Positions 57,055 through 64,000 of a DNA stretch of 64,000 nucleotides are shown one piece after another. The notes below the pieces were generated by a model that was not told the DNA's origin, made no database searches, and saw only the letters and a program-made list of their open reading frames with translations. This DNA is from Opitutales bacterium. Lineage in GTDB: Bacteria > Verrucomicrobiota > Verrucomicrobiia > Opitutales > JABSRG01. The translations under genes were made by a program, and so were the position numbers. Positions within the stretch are counted from its first letter, which is position 1. Each line of letters starts with the position of its first letter. The DNA is taken from contig JBMYOQ010000002.1 in NCBI GenBank assembly GCA_049599475.1, positions 32,001-96,000 of the forward strand, given 5' to 3'.

Positions 57055-60000
57055 ATGGCGCAGGAAGCAGCTCTCTTTTCTCATAAGGCCCGTCGGAGGT
57101 TAATCTCCGAAAGTTTGTATTGCATACTCTATTTATTTTTCATGAACCATTCTGCCATCGCGCAGCATGATTCTCACGATTTGATTTGCACGTGTTCTGG
57201 TTCTGAGCACACCGACGATCCTCCTACAGCACATAGCACGCTTTCGGATTTGGTAAGCTGCGACATCGCAACCAATCGCTCTATTCAATCGGGCGATTGG
57301 TCAGTAGCGGAAACCTGGAGTAATGGGGTCCCTGTGGATGGGGATCGGGTTGTCATTGAAGCGGAACACACCGTTACACTTCGATCAGAGCTGACGACTC
57401 GCATAAACACCGTCCGTGTGGATGGCATGCTCGAATTTGCGACGGACACGAACACGCTGTTGACGGTCGACACTATTGTCGTAGATACCTGCGGAACGCT
57501 TACGATGGGCACCGAAGCGAATCCGGTATCGAAGGACTATGCGGCACGTATCATTATAGAGGATTACGCGGGATCGGGGATAAATCCGTATTTAAACGAG
57601 GATGGTACTGAGCCTGAGGACTATGATCCCTTTCAAATTGGACTCGGCCTGATTGCGATGGGGCGTGTCGAGATGCGAGGAAATTTTAAGGAGCCTGGAG
57701 GCACGATAAGCGTTGAGCCCTCAAAATTGGACGAGCACATTGATCTAGATTTTAAGGCGCGTGGCTGGGAAGTTGGAGATTTGATAGCGATTGCGGGCAC
57801 GAGTCGAGATGCCTTGGGAGATGAACTGAGAACCATCACTGCAATCAAAAACAGCAAACGCCGTATTGTGCTGGATCGACCTTTGGAGCTGGATCACCAT
57901 ACACCGAATCATGCCAAAGATGCTATTTCTGCTCGTGGAAAAGAATTAAAAGTCCATGTCATTAATTTGACGCGTAATGTTTCCATCGAGACAAAGGAAG
58001 AGTATCGGAGTGCGTATCCCGGAACGCGGGTAAACGGTGTTTTGCAGTTCAATCGCAGGGGGCACATCATGTTCATGCATGGTCAGGACGTGTCCTTGAA
58101 ATATGCCGGTTTTTATGGCCTCGGCCGGAACAATAAAGCCTTTGATGGCGAAGATACTAAGGTGCTGGAGGATGGCACTCTACAGGTCGGTGGTAATCCG
58201 ATTGGGCGATATGCGGTCCACTTTCACCAAGCGGGCAGCATGGGTGAAGCGGCCCGAGTCGAGTCGTGCGCACTGATAGGTAGTCCTAGCTGGGGCTATG
58301 TAAATCATAGCAGCCATGTCGATTTCTATCGCAATGTAGCTTATGATGCGAAGGCTGCGAGTTTTGTGACTGAGGCAGGGGATGAAATCGGCTCGTTTAT
58401 AGAAAACATTTCGATTCGCAATGATATCGATGAGCAATACAGTTCGTCCGGCGATTTACGCTTTCAGAAACGTAAAGGGAAGCAGGAATTTGCTTTCGGG
58501 GGACACGGCTTCTGGCTTCAAGGAGTAAATGTCGTATTTCAGCGTAACGTAGCTTCTGGCGCTGGGCGAGAAGCCATGACGATTTATCCATTACCTTTGG
58601 ATAACCGTGTATTGGACCGTATGCCTTTGACCCTCCTTCCCGAACCCGAACGATTCGGTGATACAGACGATATTGGAATGGGACGGGTGTCTGCCCATAC
58701 CTTTGAAGACAATGTAGCCTATGGGTCTAATATCGGTATTATGGTCGGCGAGCATCGGCCCTTTTTTCCCTCTGAAGTGAAACGCTTTTTAGGTTGGTCG
58801 ATCAAGATGGGGCTGAGCTCAAACTATTCATCAAACATCAGCTACCAGGACATTACACTTATTGGTGATTTGGATAAGCCCATGGGAGTCGCAGCCTTTG
58901 CTCACCACGGGACATCCAATGTAGAATTCATCAATCCTTACGTCGAAGGGTTTGCCATAGGAATACAAGTTCCCCGTGCTGGTAATGATCAAGAGACCGG
59001 TGGTAAAATTATGCCGGGAGTACCTTTCAATTATGGTTTAGTAGAGGATGGATATTTTAATAATATTATCAATCTACACTTCCCTTTCGTGAGGCACCAC
59101 ACTTCGCTATTGGTGGATATCGTTCAGCCTACTTTTGGAGTGATCGATGATGTCTCACTCGTAGAGGATGATTCCTACCCCGATTCAGATGGAGCTCTAT
59201 TAACGCCGCTGGATATTGGCTTAAGGAATCTCGGTCGAGTCGATAACGACGGCGACTTCAATATAGATTCTAGCAGCAAGACGAGCAATGGTTTTGGATT
59301 TTTTGAGCAGGGAGTGGCGAGTGGCGAAGTGGATCGCACTTACAATTATTTTTTCCATTACGCGGCGGGACCAGAAATTTCAGGTGAAGCGTCGAAGCAT
59401 AAGCGCAATTTTGTGCATCCTACGATCTTTATGCTAGATCTGGGAGAGGCGGGTGAATATCAACTGTTCTTCGAGGATATTCAGTCCCAAGATCATGTGC
59501 CGTATCCGGCTGCCTTGTATGAGGGGAGGACGTTCGATAATGGCACGCCTCCAGTGGAGTTCTACGATAAGACCAATGCAGAGCTAGCACTTATGTATCA
59601 ACTTGCTCAGCCGGACGACCCAGACGGACTCTTGGCGGATTTTAAGGAGTTCTTCTCGCCCTCGCACTATTGGAAATTCTCCAATTTGGCCTTTGCCCAG
59701 GCGGGCTCAATGCTGCCTCGAGATTATCTAAATTCGGATCGCTTCACTGTCATGGAGGATGCTTACAAAATGGTGGCTATGAGAATCGACGACCTTCCAG
59801 AGTATCGGAACTATCTGTCTAAACCGGAAGCTACTTTGATGGATTTTAATTTCGATTTGGAGTTTGATCCGTTGCGACCTCGCTTAGATAAACCGGCGGC
59901 ACGTTGGCTCTGGGGCGTTGAGGGCGATCTGATTGCTGATGGTAGTGGAAACAATCGACTCTACTTGAACGGTCAAGGTCAAGGGATCGACTATGAGCAA

Positions 60001-61851
60001 CCATTTCATTTGGCCTTTAAGACCTACACATTGCTCGTCGACGTATGCCCCCTCGAGGTAGCTCAAGGTGTCTTTTATGAATGGGCAAATGATGAGTCCG
60101 CATTTCAATTGTCCCTACAAAACGGGGCCCTACGTGCGACCCTTAAAAATGCCTCGGGTTCAATTGTTGAAATCAATGGAGGGCAGCTCAATCCTGGTTT
60201 CTGGCACCAAGTGGCTCTAGCCTACAATCTGTCGCTGGGTAAAGTATTCCTGTATCTCGACGGGGAGCTGCTGGGGCATGCTGACTTAGACTATATTACC
60301 AGCTTGGATCTTGGTGATGTGCGCGTTGGCCGCGGTATGGGGCATTTTGTAGAGGTCTCGCCGTATCGAGGATTTATTGACAATATTCGCTTCCTTGAGA
60401 AAACCTTCACGGTGCCAGACATGGCCGATTATTACGTGCGAACGGCTCCATCTAGCGTCGATGAAACTCTCTCAGAACCCACGCAGATGAGCCCATTGCA
60501 GGATTCTGACTCGGATTGGGTGCCTGATATCTACGATGCGTTTCCCGATGATGCTACAGAGTGGGCGGATACTGATACAGATGGAGAGGGTGACAATACA
60601 GACCCTGATATCGACAACGATACATACGTGAATGCTGTGGATGGTCTTCCCTATGACGATTCGGATCACATCGACTCAGATGGCGATGGTTTTGGGGACC
60701 TTGTGGATGTCTTTATTAACGATCCATTTGAGTGGGCTGATCTGGATGGCGATGGCTACGGAGATAATATTGATAAACTCGATCGTAGTATCGCTGAGTA
60801 CCAGGATAGTGATGACGATGGATGGGGGGATAAGCTCGATAAATATCCGCTATCTCCGTATCTTTCACAGGAGCCCAATTTATTGGAGAATTTTGGTGCC
60901 GAGGATGATTTGCTCAATTGGACGGCGGATGTAGGTAACACAACAGTTTCCAGTGAGGTCGCCGCATACTCCGGAGATCGTGGATTCTATATCGAAAAAT
61001 CTCCGAGCTACGGGACCGCAGTCCTTACTTCCAATAGCTTTCCGATTATCTTCGATGAACCTATTTATGCAGTGAATATCAGCGCTTGGGTTCGTGTGAA
61101 ATACGACGATATCAAAGACGGTAAGGTTCAATTTATTGCGGACATTGAGGGTGTTAAGCATGTGAATCGCGGAATTCCCCAAAATATACCGCGTGAGTGG
61201 ACTTATTATAGCTTTGATTTTGTGGCAAAAGATGGAGGCATAGAAGCGATTCATTCATTCAAGATTGAAGTGCAGGAAAGCAGTTTACCTGTCTATTTCG
61301 ACGATATTCACATCGCTGTAGCGCGAGCCACACCAAATGCGGATGGCGACGATATTCCGGATTTAATTGACCGTGATGATGATAATGATGGCTATCTGGA
61401 TGGTGAAGATGCTTTCGTGACGAACTCCGCAGAGTGGTTGGATAGTGACGGGGATGGTGAGGGTAATAATGGCGATCCGGACGATGATAATGATGGCCTT
61501 AAAGACCTAGCAGAACTCGAAGTAGGGCTGGATCCGCTCGACGCTCTAGACGCCTACCGGGACTTTGATGGAGACGGCCAGATAAACCGAATCGAAGTGC
61601 TCGCGGGCACTGATATCCGTGACTTTGCTTCGAAGTTTAGAGTTACCGAAGTGCGGAGTCGCCTAGATGGCTCTGTGGATATTCGGTGGGCTGGCGGATC
61701 CGAAAAGAGCTTTTACCTGGAATATTCTGATGATATGGCGGCTTGGAGTGTGCTGCCGGGTGCTTCGGACTTATCGGTCCTTGATGGATTTATCGATACA
61801 CCGCCGCTGAATGTGGAGAGTCGCTTCTATCGGGTGGGTGTCAATGAGTAG
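57055..61851 (+). CDS. Large secreted modular protein: G8 + beta-helix + LamG-like + TSP3-type Ca-binding repeats + CBM-like domain
   Basis: SGDWS...TW...P, LTRNV, GRYAVHFH, WHQVAL.Y...LYLDG and repeated D.D.DG.GD..D. Confidence 0.85.
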   Translation: MAQEAALFSHKARRRLISESLYCILYLFFMNHSAIAQHDSHDLICTCSGSEHTDDPPTAHSTLSDLVSCDIATNRSIQSGDWSVAETWSNGVPVDGDRVVIEAEHTVTLRSELTTRINTVRVDGMLEFATDTNTLLTVDTIVVDTCGTLTMGTEANPVSKDYAARIIIEDYAGSGINPYLNEDGTEPEDYDPFQIGLGLIAMGRVEMRGNFKEPGGTISVEPSKLDEHIDLDFKARGWEVGDLIAIAGTSRDALGDELRTITAIKNSKRRIVLDRPLELDHHTPNHAKDAISARGKELKVHVINLTRNVSIETKEEYRSAYPGTRVNGVLQFNRRGHIMFMHGQDVSLKYAGFYGLGRNNKAFDGEDTKVLEDGTLQVGGNPIGRYAVHFHQAGSMGEAARVESCALIGSPSWGYVNHSSHVDFYRNVAYDAKAASFVTEAGDEIGSFIENISIRNDIDEQYSSSGDLRFQKRKGKQEFAFGGHGFWLQGVNVVFQRNVASGAGREAMTIYPLPLDNRVLDRMPLTLLPEPERFGDTDDIGMGRVSAHTFEDNVAYGSNIGIMVGEHRPFFPSEVKRFLGWSIKMGLSSNYSSNISYQDITLIGDLDKPMGVAAFAHHGTSNVEFINPYVEGFAIGIQVPRAGNDQETGGKIMPGVPFNYGLVEDGYFNNIINLHFPFVRHHTSLLVDIVQPTFGVIDDVSLVEDDSYPDSDGALLTPLDIGLRNLGRVDNDGDFNIDSSSKTSNGFGFFEQGVASGEVDRTYNYFFHYAAGPEISGEASKHKRNFVHPTIFMLDLGEAGEYQLFFEDIQSQDHVPYPAALYEGRTFDNGTPPVEFYDKTNAELALMYQLAQPDDPDGLLADFKEFFSPSHYWKFSNLAFAQAGSMLPRDYLNSDRFTVMEDAYKMVAMRIDDLPEYRNYLSKPEATLMDFNFDLEFDPLRPRLDKPAARWLWGVEGDLIADGSGNNRLYLNGQGQGIDYEQPFHLAFKTYTLLVDVCPLEVAQGVFYEWANDESAFQLSLQNGALRATLKNASGSIVEINGGQLNPGFWHQVALAYNLSLGKVFLYLDGELLGHADLDYITSLDLGDVRVGRGMGHFVEVSPYRGFIDNIRFLEKTFTVPDMADYYVRTAPSSVDETLSEPTQMSPLQDSDSDWVPDIYDAFPDDATEWADTDTDGEGDNTDPDIDNDTYVNAVDGLPYDDSDHIDSDGDGFGDLVDVFINDPFEWADLDGDGYGDNIDKLDRSIAEYQDSDDDGWGDKLDKYPLSPYLSQEPNLLENFGAEDDLLNWTADVGNTTVSSEVAAYSGDRGFYIEKSPSYGTAVLTSNSFPIIFDEPIYAVNISAWVRVKYDDIKDGKVQFIADIEGVKHVNRGIPQNIPREWTYYSFDFVAKDGGIEAIHSFKIEVQESSLPVYFDDIHIAVARATPNADGDDIPDLIDRDDDNDGYLDGEDAFVTNSAEWLDSDGDGEGNNGDPDDDNDGLKDLAELEVGLDPLDALDAYRDFDGDGQINRIEVLAGTDIRDFASKFRVTEVRSRLDGSVDIRWAGGSEKSFYLEYSDDMAAWSVLPGASDLSVLDGFIDTPPLNVESRFYRVGVNE

Positions 61852-62038
61852 TTTGTCATTAGGGTCGGCTCACAGTGGGTGCTCCAAACAAAAGATGGGC
61901 ACTTGTAGGTAAGTAGCTTTATACTTTCTCATTGGTTTTTGTATTGAATACACAAGTATAAGAATTCGGAAATTTCCGTACTAAATCTAATTTTTAAGTC
62001 CGTAACCCCCCAACTAGAATCCGCACAGTTCGGACTTT

Positions 62039-64000
62039 ATGATTAGAAAACCAATATCCACAGTGGCTGCACTCTGTGTAGGCCTCCTGTCTTGTGTACA
62101 AATCCTGGATGCGAAGCATGTATTTGTTTTGGCAGGCCAGTCCAATATGGCGAATATCGAAAAGCAGGCACTCGACGACTTTAAGAATGTCGTGAATGCC
62201 GAATACGGTACCGAAAACGTTGTAGTCCGTGTAAATGCCAAGCGAGGGCAATCCATCAAACGGTGGTTGACTTCGTGGCCGTTTGAAAACGATCAAATCT
62301 TTCCCCAGCCAGAGTCTATGGGCTCTTTGTATTTAGATCAGGGGAGTGGAGGATTGAAGAAAAATTTCAATAAGGCCATTGGTACAGGTGCATACGATAG
62401 CCTCACTCTAATCTGGATGCAGGGAGAAGCAGATTCGAAATTTGGGGACCTACGCCATTATTTCTATGAATATTCCTTTTATGAAATTATCTCACAATTG
62501 CGTAATGATTTTCCGAATATCGAACATATGAATGTCGTTATCGGGCGTATTGCAGATATTGGTGATTCGCAGGCGGATCAAACGATTGGCAATGCAAACG
62601 AGTATCGCTATCGTAATTTTGTCCGAGGCGCGCAGGTTTCTATGGCCGAAGCAGACCCCTATTGGGACTGGGTGACCACGGATGATCTCAATAATGTAGC
62701 TGTCGATCCGAGTGATCCAGCTTACACTGTGCCTCACCGTGATGCTGTCCATTACAATGAGGGGACAGTAAGTTATTACTCGGTTTTGGCCGAGCGTTTC
62801 GCTAATGCCGCGATTGCGTTGATTAACGAAAAGAAGCCGGTTTCTACTGCGCGTCAGTATATCGCGAGCGTATATCCGGATATCCTATCTGTCGCTGCAC
62901 CGGGTGTACTGACCAACGCTTATGATAAGGATGGAGCTGCTCTGACGGCGGTATTGATCTCGGGCCCGGCGAATGCGGAATCTTTCACGCTGAATGCGGA
63001 CGGTTCATTCATCTATCAGCCAGTGGATGGATTTATTGGAACAGATAGTTTCTCCTATGTGGCGAATAATGGAGCCGAAGATGGATTTGAGTCGGTGGTT
63101 ACAATTGAAGTGGAACCCACCTTATCAGACCTGTTCGTCTGGTACTCCTTTGATGAAGCGTCTGGCGCGACTGTTTCGGACCGCTCTGGTAATGGAAATG
63201 ACGGCACACTCAGTGGTGGCATATGGACAGATGGATACTTCGATGGCGCTATAAAATTCGATGCGTCCTCAATAGGAAATATTGATGTTCCAGCTGCGGC
63301 ATTTGCAGGTGTCTCCGACTCCCTTACTGTCTCCTTTTGGGCAGCAGACGATGTTTACCGTCCTGCCGCAGAATTTGTGGTCACCGATGCGCAAACAGCT
63401 TCACTCAATTCGGTAGCTCAGATATCATTCAGTGACCGAGTAGATGGCGTAGACGATATTTCTAATTACGCGAGCCCCATCACTGAAGTATCCGCCCTGG
63501 CAGGAGGAGATACAGGCTCCACAAGCTTAGGCTATGAAGAGACGTTAGACTACGCATACTGGGCGCATTGGGCGCTTACTGTGGATACTGTTCTTGGCGA
63601 ATCTAAGTTGTACAAGGACGGTGTTCTTGTCTCAAGCATCACGGGGGTAACAGATAGCCTGGCTGGGATTGATAGCTGGACAATCGGTAGTTTGGTATCT
63701 GGAGGTAATGCCTTCCGCGGGCTTCTCGATAATTATCGTGTGTATTCTCGGACGCTTTCGGAGGCGGAGATAGGCTTCCTCGCGGGTATTTCAGAATTCC
63801 CCGGCGACGGCGGATCTGGTGGTGACGGTGGATCCGGCGGTGGCGATGATGGATCTGGCGACGGCGGTAGCGGAGATACAACAGATACTGATGGTGATGG
63901 TGTGATCGATTCTCTGGATGCGTTCCCTCTGTCTCCTTACTTCGGCGAAGGGCCGTATCAAGATTATCTCTTTAATGGAGGCTTTGAAGACCCTCTAGCG
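62039..64000 (+). CDS. Secreted modular protein, 3'-truncated by the window edge and absent from the ORF track: SASA/CE6-like SGNH esterase + Ig-like repeat + LamG + Gly/Asp linker + TSP3-type repeat
   Basis: Manual translation MIRKPIS...FVLAGQSNMA...WMQGEAD...DAVHY...LNADGSFIYQP...WYSFDEASG...DTDGDGVIDSLDAFPLSPY. Confidence 0.85.
   Translation, partial: MIRKPISTVAALCVGLLSCVQILDAKHVFVLAGQSNMANIEKQALDDFKNVVNAEYGTENVVVRVNAKRGQSIKRWLTSWPFENDQIFPQPESMGSLYLDQGSGGLKKNFNKAIGTGAYDSLTLIWMQGEADSKFGDLRHYFYEYSFYEIISQLRNDFPNIEHMNVVIGRIADIGDSQADQTIGNANEYRYRNFVRGAQVSMAEADPYWDWVTTDDLNNVAVDPSDPAYTVPHRDAVHYNEGTVSYYSVLAERFANAAIALINEKKPVSTARQYIASVYPDILSVAAPGVLTNAYDKDGAALTAVLISGPANAESFTLNADGSFIYQPVDGFIGTDSFSYVANNGAEDGFESVVTIEVEPTLSDLFVWYSFDEASGATVSDRSGNGNDGTLSGGIWTDGYFDGAIKFDASSIGNIDVPAAAFAGVSDSLTVSFWAADDVYRPAAEFVVTDAQTASLNSVAQISFSDRVDGVDDISNYASPITEVSALAGGDTGSTSLGYEETLDYAYWAHWALTVDTVLGESKLYKDGVLVSSITGVTDSLAGIDSWTIGSLVSGGNAFRGLLDNYRVYSRTLSEAEIGFLAGISEFPGDGGSGGDGGSGGGDDGSGDGGSGDTTDTDGDGVIDSLDAFPLSPYFGEGPYQDYLFNGGFEDPLA

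Noticed and set aside
63800..63900. GGC/GAC-rich tandem repeat
   Set aside because: It encodes an ordinary Gly/Asp/Ser linker in the terminal CDS

Overview
Bacterial genomic window, most likely from a marine Verrucomicrobiota (Opitutia-like) organism; this is inferred from gene content (sulfatase cluster, EpsI, PocR-AraC, modular secreted proteins) and repeat style. From left to right: (1) the 3' part of sppA; (2) a repeat-bounded decayed segment with a REP-like hairpin, a possible RAYT remnant and a truncated cytidylyltransferase; (3) an AT-richer Wzx/Wzy polysaccharide cluster with two sulfotransferases and an unusual candidate ulosonic-acid module (HAD, DRE-TIM aldolase fusion, NeuA-like CMP transferase, CstII/DUF115-like transferase); (4) epsI, followed by a ~3.9 kb co-oriented array of toxin-antitoxin-like two-gene cassettes separated by 7-10 nt tandem micro-repeats. 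The array holds two nucleotidyltransferase pairs, a hicBA pseudogene pair missed by the ORF track, and vapBC/fitAB; one cassette is bracketed by a diverged duplicate of the epsI 5' end; (5) a Na+ homeostasis block (DUF1504 antiporter, HTH, USP, mrpABCDEFG, BacNav channel with TLEDWTD filter); (6) housekeeping genes, folE2, a gpgS compatible-solute operon, a PAS hybrid kinase, PocR-AraC and a Zn-ADH; (7) a His-rich RAPP-motif leader ORF upstream of a His-rich ZnuD-like TonB receptor; (8) a 267-bp two-armed MITE; (9) four sulfatases and two large modular secreted proteins, the last running off the window end. No rRNA, tRNA or CRISPR array was recognised. All product calls come from motif recognition by eye, not from database searches.
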